NCBI GenBank assembly: GCA_964291265.2
Contig: OZ219747.1
Coordinates: 3,712,001-3,776,000 of the forward strand
Direction: 5' to 3'
DNA: 64,000 nt
DNA from: Alphaproteobacteria bacterium
GTDB taxonomy: Bacteria > Pseudomonadota > Alphaproteobacteria > SP197
This document shows positions 1 through 9,963 of the stretch, piece after piece (the first letter of the stretch is position 1; each line of letters opens with the position of its first letter). The notes below the pieces were generated by a model. The model was not told the origin of the DNA. It saw nothing but the letters and a program-made list of their open reading frames with translations, and ran no database searches. Position numbers and translations under genes: made by a program.

Positions 1-409
1 CAGGGGAATCGAAGCGGGACGTTCAGCCGTCACGGTCTTCGGGTTCTGCGGAACCTCGATCATGAATGACGAGACGGCACGCACGGCCGAGGATCTCGTG
101 GCCAGCCTTGCACGGTCGCTCGAGGCCATGTGCCAGATTCGCTCGTCCAGGCACGGCAGCGGGGTGCTGCTGGTGATCGCCGGCGAGTTCTGGCGCATGT
201 TCAGGGAATCGGGCTGGGACCGGGCACGGATCGAGGCGGCTCTCCACGACGCAACGACAGGTCCTGACGGAGGGACGCCGATGTTCGAACCCGGCGATCT
301 TCTCCTTGCACGCGCCGGTAGCCATGCCGGACTCTTTTCCACTATCATCCAGGGATGGGGGAGTGGCCCCATGGGGAGCCAGCCCGTCACAAGGGAGGTA
401 GAGCCTTGA
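1..409 (+). CDS. Partial (5'-truncated by window) conserved protein of the family usually encoded next to UGSC selenoproteins
   Basis: Frame of ORF 62..409 stays open back to the window start. C-terminus ...GWGSGPMGSQPVTREV; stop overlaps the TTG start of the next gene. Family assignment from recall. Confidence 0.6.
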   Translation, partial: RGIEAGRSAVTVFGFCGTSIMNDETARTAEDLVASLARSLEAMCQIRSSRHGSGVLLVIAGEFWRMFRESGWDRARIEAALHDATTGPDGGTPMFEPGDLLLARAGSHAGLFSTIIQGWGSGPMGSQPVTREVEP

Positions 410-924
410 CAACGATCCTTCTCGACCCCACGGCGGCCCGTGAGTCATCGGTGCGCCAGCGCGTGGCCGGGCACCGGTCCCTGGCCGGTCTCACCGTCGG
501 CCTGCTCGACATTCGCAAGCGCCAAGGCGACATCGTTCTCGATCACCTCGAGAAGCTTCTCGGCGAACGCGGGATCCGCACCGGCCGATACGCCAAGCCG
601 ACCTTCACCAAGCCGGCGCCGGGTGTCGTGATCGACCGGATCGCCGCCGAGTGCGATGCCGTGGTTGAAGGCCTTGCCGATTGAGGTTCCTGTACGTCGT
701 GCAGTCTGCAGGACATGCTGGATATCGATCGCTTGGGCACACCTGCGGTGGCGCTGATTTCCGAGGAATTCGCGACCGGCGTTGCGTCCTGGAGCGACCT
801 CCATGGCTTCGACCCCGCCGTGGTGTATGTCCGCCATCCGATCCAGCCCCTGAACGAGGCTGAACTGCGTGGCCGCGCCGAAGACATCGTCGACTCAGTC
901 ATTGGCGCACTCACCCGAACATGA
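406..924 (+). CDS. UGSC-family selenoprotein (thioredoxin-like), Sec encoded by TGA 682-684
   Basis: TTG start after AGGGAGG RBS. ORFs 355..684 and 715..924 share a frame and join as EGLAD-U-GSCTSC-SLQDMLDI, the UGSC motif. Confidence 0.88.
685..716 (+). promoter_or_regulatory. Candidate bacterial SECIS hairpin
   Basis: Immediately 3' of the UGA, TCCTGTA pairs with TGCAGGA (7 bp including one G-U) around a short interior. Confidence 0.5.
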
Positions 925-943
925 CCGGTCAGACGGACCGCTG

Positions 944-1687
944 GTGACCTTCCACGGGGTGCGGTCCGCTCCCCAGGACGGACCGGCGAGATGTGTTTTC
1001 GGCGGTCACTCGGCGTGTATCGCCATCGCGGCCGGCGACACGTGGCTGATTCTCGATGCCGGCTCCGGCATGCGGACATGCGGACTGTCACTGCTTGGCA
1101 GGGATCCCCTGGAGGGACACGTCTTCTTCAGCCGGCCTACCGTGGTACGCACCATCGGCATTCCCTTCTTCGCTCCGGCCTTTTCTGCCAACAACCGCTT
1201 CACCCTCTACAGCACCGGCGGAGTCATCAGGTCGGAACTCCGGCGGCTGATGTCCGATCCCGTGTTCCCCGTCTCTCCCGATGTCTTCAACGCCACCGTC
1301 ACCTTTCATGACCTCGAACCAGGCGCCCCCGTTGCGCTCGCGTCGGGCATTGCGGTCACCACCCTGGTCCTCGGCGGTTTGATGCCGGGAACGGCCTACC
1401 GTTTCGACGGCGACGACTGGTCCCTCGCTTGGGCAGCCGGCATCACGCACCATGACGACGGACACGCGCTCCGCGACTTCGCGTCCGGCGTCGGTGTGCT
1501 GATCGTGGGCGGTGCGCCGGAAGCCATCTCTCCCCTCGTGCAGGAAGCGCCTGCCACCAGACTGATGATCACGGATCATCCACCGGGTCTGGGAGATGAC
1601 GACCTCGCCCGCCGCGAAGCGGCGCTTCAACGCCGGGTTCCCAAAGCCCGATTCGCCCGACAGGGCGAGACTCTGCGCCTCGGTTAG
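944..1687 (+). CDS. MBL-fold metallo-hydrolase homologue with degenerate metal site
   Basis: VTFHGVRS, GGHSAC, LILDAGSG, IGIPFFAP and P-x-FPV motifs. The HxHxDH position reads SRPTVVR. Start uncertain (GTG 944). Confidence 0.65.
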   Translation: MTFHGVRSAPQDGPARCVFGGHSACIAIAAGDTWLILDAGSGMRTCGLSLLGRDPLEGHVFFSRPTVVRTIGIPFFAPAFSANNRFTLYSTGGVIRSELRRLMSDPVFPVSPDVFNATVTFHDLEPGAPVALASGIAVTTLVLGGLMPGTAYRFDGDDWSLAWAAGITHHDDGHALRDFASGVGVLIVGGAPEAISPLVQEAPATRLMITDHPPGLGDDDLARREAALQRRVPKARFARQGETLRLG

Positions 1688-1986
1688 CCCTTGTTCGACA
1701 TGTCTCCCCGCTTGCCGGGGTGATGTCGCGAATCTGATGCCGCGAGCCTGCCGGGGCCGTCACTGGCTTGTCGACGGCTGCATGGAGCGGCGGGATACTC
1801 CGGGATGACGCGGATCTCGACACTCGTGTCAGGGCCTTGTTGTCGGTCTCCCCATGCGTTCAATCGGGCCCTTCAAGCCCTTTCACGATCGAATGCGATG
1901 AATCGCCCGTGGCGCCGATCAGCGTCGAAGCGACGCGCCGGACAACGGACGACTTCCCGGACCTCCAAGGATGCCCGATGACCGGA

Positions 1987-2874
1987 CTAGCGATGGAGCC
2001 GGCCATGGGGGAGGCTGGCCCGGATATCCGGGATGCCGGTCAAAAAGACCGCCTCATGCCGATAGCCCGTGTACGCGCAGAAGATGTACTCGTTCCAGTG
2101 GTTGGGGTCAGGGCCGTACTTCATCAGATAACCGTGCAAATCGTCCGTCCGGGGCGTCTTCCTCGCCGTCATCCGCGCAAGCTCGCGCTCCAGATAGTCG
2201 ATGAAGGCGCTTTCGGGCCAGCCCTGGATGACATAGGGCGAGGTGAACACGATATGCCGTGGGCACAACTCGTGGGGCGGTGGGAGCACGCGCACGAACC
2301 AGATCTCGCCCTCGCGGCCGACATGGCCAGAGGCCACCATGCAGGAGACGGTCTCCCGCGTGCCGACCTCGCGCAACAGGACTCCGTCGCCATCGCTGCC
2401 GCAATGGACGTAGAAACCCATCCTCGACTGCTGCATCCGCTCGACGACATCGATCAGCCAGGAAGGGAAACCGATCTCGGGAGTGACCCGCAGGAAGCAG
2501 GTCCCTATGGTCTCCCGGCTGCTTCCGAACTGCACGTCGAACATCGTCCACATCGTGAAATAGCTGCCCGACAACGGGCTCATCGGCGGCCCGGACGGTA
2601 TGTATTCCTCCTCGGCGGCGGCGACGATCCTGACGAAGCCCCTCGCCTCTCTCATCTCGCAAATGAACTCCGTGATGCGCGAGGCGATGTTCTGCGCCCA
2701 CACGTAGATGGCGTGGCACGGGTCAAGGTCCGCGAACCTGGCCGGCATCGGCCCCCCCCTGCCGAAAATCTCGAAAACCATGTCCCTGTCCTCCCGCCAG
2801 GCCGCCAGATCGACGACCTTCGATTCGCGGGCGGAGAGAAGCTTCCTTGCAATCTTGTCGGCAACGGAACCCAT
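1987..2874 (-). CDS. Conserved hypothetical protein (paralog 1)
   Basis: 295-aa ORF, highly similar to 3940..4848 (PSGPPMSPL, EIWFVRVLPPP, HWNEY motifs). Confidence 0.75.
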   Translation of the reverse strand: MGSVADKIARKLLSARESKVVDLAAWREDRDMVFEIFGRGGPMPARFADLDPCHAIYVWAQNIASRITEFICEMREARGFVRIVAAAEEEYIPSGPPMSPLSGSYFTMWTMFDVQFGSSRETIGTCFLRVTPEIGFPSWLIDVVERMQQSRMGFYVHCGSDGDGVLLREVGTRETVSCMVASGHVGREGEIWFVRVLPPPHELCPRHIVFTSPYVIQGWPESAFIDYLERELARMTARKTPRTDDLHGYLMKYGPDPNHWNEYIFCAYTGYRHEAVFLTGIPDIRASLPHGRLHR

Positions 2875-2982
2875 GATGTGCTTTCGGCGTCACTGCTCAC
2901 CATTTATTAAGGTCTGCTTGGTAGTCGTGCAACTGTGTCGGCGGCCTTTCCGGCGAGGGCCATGGGGATGGCGACGAGAGGG

Positions 2983-3163
2983 CCGAAGTTCCAGCGTCGA
3001 TCAAGCGCAAGTGCCTGACATGAATGACATGCGATGGAGCTCGGAGGCGTCTGACTGGGCACACTACGGCTTCACGCCCAGGAGCTTGAGTGCTCTTCTC
3101 TGAAGCGGCTGAGGGCCGCGTGGTGACCTGGAAGGGTTTGGCGCCCGCAAGGCGGGACGCCAC
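2983..3163 (-). mobile_element. IS1634-family right-end remnant
   Basis: Terminal CCGAAGTTCC matches the IS1634 ends at 45254/47203. Encodes RLAGAKPFQVTTRP like the IS1634 transposase C-terminus. Confidence 0.75.
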
Positions 3164-3880
3164 GGGTGTGAGTTCAGTATGTCTGTATGAAAGTCAGTTT
3201 CATTGTTTCATCTCATGCGGCCAGCGCCGGGGTGTGATGTGGGTTGATGTTGTCGCTGGCTGGTGCGTCGTCTGCCCCGATCATGGCTGTTCACGCGCTC
3301 ACGAAGCGGCCGGATTTGATGAGGGCGCGGAAGGTGAGAACAGCTTGTCCGCCGACGATGCGCCAGCGCATGCCGGAGCGCTTCATACGCTGTGTGACGA
3401 GGGTCTTGTTGGCTGCCTCGACCAGTCCCGAGCCGATGGCGATCCCCTGTTGCTTCAGTGCGTGGTAGCGCATGCGGTGGCGATGCTTGCGGAAGAAGGC
3501 CAGTTCCCTGTCGATGTCGGCTCGGCCCGCCGGCTTGGCGGTGTCGCGAAGGTGGCGCAGCGCCCGGATCACCCTGTCAATGCCGCAGGGGTCGTGACGC
3601 AGGATCTCGCGGTACTTCTCGAACCAGTGGGGCGCCGCTGCATGGTCGGCCGCCACGCGCAGATGTTCGCAGGCATGCCAGAAGTCGATCACCTCGGTTT
3701 CGGGTTCAAGACCAGAGAGGAAGGTCCGGTTGTCGGCGGCGGCGATGGCGCTGATCCTGATCTCTCAGACGCCTGCGCCTGATATGCGCAACCTCGCTTG
3801 CCAGCTGCGCCTTCAGCGTGCACTTGCCGTGCTCGGGCACGCGGCCGAGACAGACGGTCTTCAGGCGCTCACCCTCGGCG
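3164..3880 (-). pseudogene. ISKra4/ISLre2-like transposase 3' fragment
   Basis: IDFWHACEHL and GSGLVEAANKTLVTQRMKRSGMRW motifs. Near-identical to 34580-35300; end begins GGGTGTGAG. Confidence 0.8.
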
Positions 3881-3939
3881 TCGCGACGCGCCGGACAACG
3901 GACGACTTCCCGGGACTCCAAAGATGCCCGATGACCGGG

Positions 3940-4848
3940 CTAGCGATGGCGCGAGGCATGGGGGAGGCTGGCCCGGATATCCGGGATGCCGGTCAGAAAG
4001 ATCACCTCACTGCGATGACCCGTGTATGCGCAGAAGACGTACTCGTTCCAGTGGTTGGGGTCCGGGCCGTACTTCATCAGATGACCGCGCAAATCGTCGG
4101 TCTGGGGCGTCTTCCCCGCCGTCATCCGCGCAAGCTCGCGCTCCAGATAGTCGATGAAGGCGCTTTCGGGCCAGCCCTGGATGACATAGGGCGTGTTGAA
4201 CACGACATGCCGTGGGCACAACTCGTGGGGCGGTGGGAGCACCCGCACGAACCAGATCTCCCCCTCGCGCCCGGCATAGCCGAACGGCACCATGCAGGAG
4301 ATGGTCTCACGCGTACCGACCTCGCGCAACAGGGCTCCGTCACCCTCGTTGCCGCAATGGACGTAGAAGCCCATCCTCGATCGCTGCATCCGCCCAAAGG
4401 CTTCGATCAGCCAGGGCGCATAATCGAACTCGGGAGCGATCCTCAGGATGCAGCTCCCCATGGTCTCCCGGCTGCTTCCGAACCGCAGGTCGAAGGTCGA
4501 CCACATCGAGAAATAGCTGACCGTCAACGGGCTCATCGGCGGCCCGGACGGCATGTATTCCTCAGTGGCGGCGGTGACGACCTTGGCGAACCCCCTCACC
4601 TCGCTCATCTCGAAAATGACATCCGTCATGAGCGAGGCGAGGTTCTGCGGCCACGCGTACAGGGCGAAGCACGGGTCAACGTGGGCGAACCTGTCGGGGA
4701 CCAGAACCCCGTCGCCGACTGCTTCTTCGAGCGCCAGTTCCCTGCCCTCCCGCCAGGCCGCCAGATCGACGACCTTCGACCCGCGGAAGTGGAGCAGCTT
4801 TCTTGCGATCTTGTCGGCAACGGAACCCATGATGTACTCCGGCATCAC
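3940..4848 (-). CDS. Conserved hypothetical protein (paralog 2)
   Basis: 302-aa ORF paralogous to 1987..2874, with shared flanking DNA. Confidence 0.75.
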   Translation of the reverse strand: MMPEYIMGSVADKIARKLLHFRGSKVVDLAAWREGRELALEEAVGDGVLVPDRFAHVDPCFALYAWPQNLASLMTDVIFEMSEVRGFAKVVTAATEEYMPSGPPMSPLTVSYFSMWSTFDLRFGSSRETMGSCILRIAPEFDYAPWLIEAFGRMQRSRMGFYVHCGNEGDGALLREVGTRETISCMVPFGYAGREGEIWFVRVLPPPHELCPRHVVFNTPYVIQGWPESAFIDYLERELARMTAGKTPQTDDLRGHLMKYGPDPNHWNEYVFCAYTGHRSEVIFLTGIPDIRASLPHASRHR

Positions 4849-5050
4849 TGCTCACCACCTATTAGGGTCTGATTGGTTGTCGTGCAACTTGATCATGTCG
4901 GCGGCCTTTCCGGCGAGGGCCATGGGGATGGCAACGACAGGGTTGTCGCAGAGCCGGCCATGGCGATCAGGCAGCTTGAGGATGTCAACAGTTGATCAAA
5001 TAGACAATTATTCGATATCCAATAGGGAAAATCGGATTGGAACAGGGGTC

Positions 5051-5611
5051 ATGCGTGCCGTCGAAGCTGTCAAGACGCTGGCCGAATGGGATCGGCGCGG
5101 ACGGATCGTGTTTACGCTCGCTGACCTGCGGAAGCTGTTCCCACACCGGTCGGACAAGACGCTCTCCGAGAGCCTGCGTCGGCTCGTGCAGGGCGGCCTG
5201 CTGGAACGGGCGGCGAACGGGGTTTTCGTCAACGCTCTGTCGAGCCGCAGTCGCGCCGACCTTCTTGAGGAGGTGGCGCGTGCGATCCGCAGCGGCGAGT
5301 ACAACTATCTCAGCCTCGAATGCGCACTGTCCGAATGGGGCGTCATCTCACAGGTTCCCCAAGCCTACCTGACGGTCATGACCACTGGACGCAAGGGAGT
5401 ATTCGAGACGCCGTACGGGATGATCGAGTTCACGCACACGCAGCGCCGCGCCGCGGACATCGTGAACAACACGCTCCGCAGGGACCGGCCGTTGCGGCTT
5501 GCCACGGCGCCCGCGGCCCTGCGCGATCTTCGGCGTGTAGGACGCAATCTTCATCTCGTCGATCTCGAGGAGATGCAGGAGTATCTCGCCCGGCGCGAAG
5601 AGACGGCATGA
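5051..5611 (+). CDS. abiEi: Type IV TA antitoxin, AbiEi family
   Basis: N-terminal wHTH, YLSLECALSEWGVISQVP...VMTT motif. ATGA-coupled to the downstream toxin. Confidence 0.8.
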   Translation: MRAVEAVKTLAEWDRRGRIVFTLADLRKLFPHRSDKTLSESLRRLVQGGLLERAANGVFVNALSSRSRADLLEEVARAIRSGEYNYLSLECALSEWGVISQVPQAYLTVMTTGRKGVFETPYGMIEFTHTQRRAADIVNNTLRRDRPLRLATAPAALRDLRRVGRNLHLVDLEEMQEYLARREETA

Positions 5612-6574
5612 GCGTCAGACACGCTTTCCAGGAACTGGCCGAGATTGCGCTTCGCGATCCGGCGCTCGCCGGGATGCGCGTCATCGTCGAGAAGGAACTT
5701 CTGCACTACGAGTTGCTGAGCGTCCTCGACCGCGGCGGCTGGCTCAACGGACTCGCGTTTCAGGGCGGAACAGCCCTCCGGCTCTGCCATGGCGCACCCC
5801 GGCTGAGCGAGGACCTGGACTTCTCAGGCGGCCGGGAGTTCACCACCGAGCGGATGGATGGCTCACCTGGCTGCATTCCTGAAGGAGCTTGCCGGCGTCG
5901 GCTTCGGGGTCGAAGTGAAGCTGCCAAGAAACGTTATCGCCGGCCGTGCTTGCGGAGGTGTCGGTGTGTCCACATGGCGCATCGATGTTGAGACGGAGCC
6001 CGGCCGGCGCGGCCATCCGAAGCAGAAGATCAAGCTCGATGTCGACAACGCACCGACCTACACGGGCGCGTGGCGGGAGATAGCCCAGAACTATGGCGTG
6101 TTGCGCGATTTTCAGATGCTCGTCTACGTCCAGAGCCGGGAAGAGATCCTCGCAAACACGCTTGTAGCGTTCCCGGCATCGGTGGCAACGCGGAACCGGC
6201 CACGCTATCGGGACGTCTGGGACATGCGCTGGATGGTGGGCAATGGAACGGCGATTCGCGCCGATCTCGTGCACGCCAAGATGGTGGATCGTCGTGCCGA
6301 CCGAGCCTGGATGGGGCTTGCGGCGGCCAAGGCCGGCGGCATCGCCCGATCCGCCGACTTCACTGCGGAGATGCGGCGTTTCCTTCTGCCGGACACGGCG
6401 AAGTCCACGCTCGATGACGCGCGCTACATGGACTTCCTGGCCCGTGAGACCCGCCGCCTGATCGAGGATGCCGACATGTGCCTGACAGCGGCGGAGCCGT
6501 CCGTGAACGAAGGGAACATCAGCCAAGCGGACCCTCTCGAGTTCGCCAGGGAGGATGATGATCCAGGTCCGTGA
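5608..6574 (+). pseudogene. abiEii: AbiEii/AbiGii nucleotidyltransferase toxin, frameshifted
   Basis: EKELLHY, FQGGTALRL, RLSEDLDF motifs. Frame changes at CGGATGGATGGCT (~5851-5863); C-terminal half has RYRDVWD. Confidence 0.8.
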
Positions 6575-7085
6575 TTCGGATACGAACGGCGCATCTTCCG
6601 CGAGAGTTACGAGTTGTTCGCCGCCGGTCAGACCGGAAGCGGGTTCGCATCGATGGCGGGTGGCTGAGACCATGTTCCGCTGATCCTCCCATGATGACGA
6701 CACGCCCGTCCGCCGCTCAGGCCCCGGGTCGGCCGCCGAGCCAGCGCAACGCAGTGTTCCCGCCCGTTGGCGGTTGTGGCAAGGCCGAGTACGGGACCTC
6801 TGAAGCGTACGGAACCGGGGTGCGCAGGCTCTCCACGCCATGGCCGGCAGCGCCCCTGAACTTGGTGTGTCGTCTGTTCCTCATGGGAGTGACGGGAACG
6901 GCCGAGGCGCTGAAATGGGCACACAGGACAATGCCGTGCTTCTTGCGTGGTTTTGTCGAGAACGCCTGCTCGTGTCCTCCGCAGGCATGCGAAGGGCACG
7001 GCAGCCGACGACAGTCGGCTCGACACCGTCACGTGCCGCGAGATGATCGGGCAACCCCGTAAGGGTCGACGTGATGAGGGCGGTG

Positions 7086-8129
7086 TCAGCGACCCGCCAC
7101 GGCGGCGTGGAGAGCTTCGAGCTCGCAGGCCGCATCGTCCCAGGACCTGTCCCGCTGCAGGCCGGCCGCGTCCTTCGAACGGCCGCGGTAGACGAGTTCC
7201 TCCTTGAGGCAGAGGATGGCGCAGTTGGCAAAGGCGGCGTCATCGGGCACCAGGAAACCCGACCTGCTGTCCTTGATGCGCTCCACGGCGGCTCCCTGCT
7301 TGAAGGCCACGCCCGGACAACCGGCCGACTGGGATTCGGCGAGCGTCGCCACGTAGGCCTCGCGCAACGAGCCGGGATGAAGGTGGACCCGGGCATGACG
7401 AAACTCCCGTGCCATGTCGGCATCCGGGAGTGGCCGCCGGACCAGCACTCGGGCGTCGCCAAGACCCTCGATACGTCGCCACAGCGATGCCAGGTCACCC
7501 TCCACCACCCTGCCAGAGGCTGCCCTGGCGAGCAGCCCGGAAAAGACATGCAGCTCCGCTTCATCCACCATGGGATGGATCTTGTCGACCCAGAGATCCA
7601 GGAGCCAGGCAAGGCCGCCGCGCGGATGCATCGTCGTGACAGCCCTTGGCGGCCAGTATCCCTGAGGGGGCTCGGGCGCAAGGTAGGCCGGAGCAATGCC
7701 CGGTCGCACGACCGCGACCATTTCTTCACCACCACTCCATGACGACACGTGGTGATCCCCCATGAAGACGAGGCGATCGATCCGGCAGGAATGGACCCTG
7801 GAAACCAGCGCCGCGACTCCGCTGTCGTCCAGCTGGTCGGCCACCCAGAGCATCCGGCACCGTCCGGACGGGACCCTTTCCAGCAGCCGCGCGTACCTCA
7901 GCGCCACGACGAGATCGGCGTCGGGTGCCTCCCCGTCATCGATGTTCTGCCAGAACACGCCCCGAACGGTACGGGCGCCATGGCAACGGTTCATCACCGT
8001 CACCTCGTGATCGCGGCTGGCCAGGGCCTCGGCGAGAAAGACCAGGCCCTTCTGCACACCACCCATGGGGTCGTTGCGCGGCGTGTAACCGTCAAAGGCG
8101 AAGGAATCGTCGAGAAGGAGGATCTTCAT
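7086..8129 (-). CDS. Glycosyltransferase (GT-B, family 4-like)
   Basis: MKILLLDDS...MGG...ALASRDHEVTV; E-x7-E motif EAYVATLAE. Confidence 0.8.
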   Translation of the reverse strand: MKILLLDDSFAFDGYTPRNDPMGGVQKGLVFLAEALASRDHEVTVMNRCHGARTVRGVFWQNIDDGEAPDADLVVALRYARLLERVPSGRCRMLWVADQLDDSGVAALVSRVHSCRIDRLVFMGDHHVSSWSGGEEMVAVVRPGIAPAYLAPEPPQGYWPPRAVTTMHPRGGLAWLLDLWVDKIHPMVDEAELHVFSGLLARAASGRVVEGDLASLWRRIEGLGDARVLVRRPLPDADMAREFRHARVHLHPGSLREAYVATLAESQSAGCPGVAFKQGAAVERIKDSRSGFLVPDDAAFANCAILCLKEELVYRGRSKDAAGLQRDRSWDDAACELEALHAAVAGR

Positions 8130-8278
8130 CGGCCACCAGGGGAGAACGGGCAGGACATGGAACCGCCCGCAACCGGTTGGGATCCTCCCCGGGAATCCAC
8201 CCACGGCCCCTGGGGGACTTGCCGCGAGGCTGCGTCATCGCCATCCTTGTCCCGTTTCAGGATGGGGAGGTTGCCGGG

Positions 8279-9187
8279 ATGATGGAGACATCGCGTGTCG
8301 CGCTCGAGGGGCGTGGCGTTCTCGCCATCGACGGCCCGGACGCGCGCACCTTCCTCCAGGGGATCATCACCAACGATATCGGCCAGGTGGACCGGGCGCG
8401 GGCGATCTATGCCGCCCTGCTGACACCCCAGGGCAAGTTTCTCTTCGACTTCTTCGTTGCCGAGGATGACGACGGCGGCCTCCTCCTCGACACGAGACGG
8501 GACCGCATTGACGCGCTTCTCGAGCGCCTCGACTTCTACCGGCTGCGGGCCAAGGTGCACGTCCGCGATGTTTCGGAAGACTGGGATGTGAGCGCCCTCA
8601 TCGGTGACAAGGCGGCCAGCATCGCCCGCCTCGTTCCCTGCCCGGGCAATGCACGTCTGGCAGACGGCTCCATCATCATGATCGATCCCAGGCTGGCGGC
8701 GCTTGGCGTACGCGTCATTCATCCCGTCGACAGGCCGGTGTTCGCGGAAGTCGTCGGCAGATCGCAGGACGCCTACGAATCGCAACGCCTTGACCTTTCG
8801 GTCGGTGAGGCCACCCTGGACATACTCATCGGAAAGTCCTTTGCCCTCGAGAGCAACTTCGATCATCTCAATGCCATTGATTTCACCAAGGGCTGCTATG
8901 TCGGGCAGGAACTGACGGCGCGCACCCGGTACCGCGGGACCGTGAGAAAGCGCCTCTACCGGGTCAGCGCGACCAACGGTGGAAACCTGCCGGAACCGGG
9001 AACCCTGATCACCGCGGGCAAGACCGAGATCGGCGAGATGCGAAGCAGTCGGGGCGCCACCGGCATCGCCCTTGTCCGCATGGACCGGCTCGAGGATGTC
9101 GGTGACGGGGAGATTCGCGCCGGCACGACAGTCCTCAACGCCGAACAACCTGGGTGGTTTCCGCAAGAATCGGTTTCCGCCGACTGA
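8279..9187 (+). CDS. ygfZ: Folate-binding Fe-S repair protein YgfZ
   Basis: GPDARTFLQGIITND and the KGCYVGQE signature. Confidence 0.93.
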   Translation: MMETSRVALEGRGVLAIDGPDARTFLQGIITNDIGQVDRARAIYAALLTPQGKFLFDFFVAEDDDGGLLLDTRRDRIDALLERLDFYRLRAKVHVRDVSEDWDVSALIGDKAASIARLVPCPGNARLADGSIIMIDPRLAALGVRVIHPVDRPVFAEVVGRSQDAYESQRLDLSVGEATLDILIGKSFALESNFDHLNAIDFTKGCYVGQELTARTRYRGTVRKRLYRVSATNGGNLPEPGTLITAGKTEIGEMRSSRGATGIALVRMDRLEDVGDGEIRAGTTVLNAEQPGWFPQESVSAD

Positions 9188-9258
9188 TCCGCAACCCCGG
9201 ATCGCGTGCTCTGGTCGGGCCATCGCGCCAGGTCCACGAAGTCCGTGTTGGCGGTCTG

Positions 9259-9963
9259 TCACGCCGGATCGATGCGTTCCAGAAGGTCAACGACATCCTT
9301 CATGTGCTGAACCGAGTACGTTCCCTCGATGCCGTTGACCCCCTGAGGCGCCCACTTGTCGCCATGGCGTGCCACCCGGCAACTCGTCCAGCCACGAACG
9401 TTGGCCGGTTGAATGTCATGGAATCGGCTGTGAGCGACGTGAAGCAGGTCATCCTCACCGAGCCCTCGCCGCGCGAGGTCGGCAAGAAGGGTATCGAAGT
9501 GACGCGGACCGGGCTTGTAGCCCTTGACGTCATCAGCGGTGATGAGAATGTCGAACTCCCGCTCGAGCCGTGCCGCGCTGCCGGCAAAGAGATCACGGTC
9601 GACGTTGGAGACCACGCACAGGATCCGCCCCTCGCGCGCCAGAGCCTCGAGAGAGCGCGCTGAGTCTTCGAAGGCCGGCCAGGCACCCACGCTCTCCGCA
9701 AATCGGGCGCAGGACCCTTCGTCGGTTGGAATGCCGCAGGATTCGGAGAGACGCGCGAGGGAGCGGGAGAGAACGCTGCGATAGGAAAGGAACGTCTCGT
9801 GTCCTTGTTCGACGATCTGCGCATCGAACAACCGACTGACGAGCTCCTCTTCCGGAACATCAAGACCATTCAGCCGGGCCCAGGCGCCCAGCCATTCCGC
9901 GATTCCGCGCTCCCAGTCGATCAGCGTGCCGTAGCAATCGAAGGACAGTGCCTGGTACTTCAT
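9259..9963 (-). CDS. HAD-family hydrolase (haloacid dehalogenase-like)
   Basis: FDCYGTLIDWE, SNVD, YKP, HVAHS-FHDI motifs. Start overlaps the ppdK stop. Confidence 0.88.
   Translation of the reverse strand: MKYQALSFDCYGTLIDWERGIAEWLGAWARLNGLDVPEEELVSRLFDAQIVEQGHETFLSYRSVLSRSLARLSESCGIPTDEGSCARFAESVGAWPAFEDSARSLEALAREGRILCVVSNVDRDLFAGSAARLEREFDILITADDVKGYKPGPRHFDTLLADLARRGLGEDDLLHVAHSRFHDIQPANVRGWTSCRVARHGDKWAPQGVNGIEGTYSVQHMKDVVDLLERIDPA

Noticed and set aside
6575-7085. Intergenic stretch as an ncRNA or island attachment site
   Set aside because: No tRNA, riboswitch or matching direct repeat could be identified by eye.
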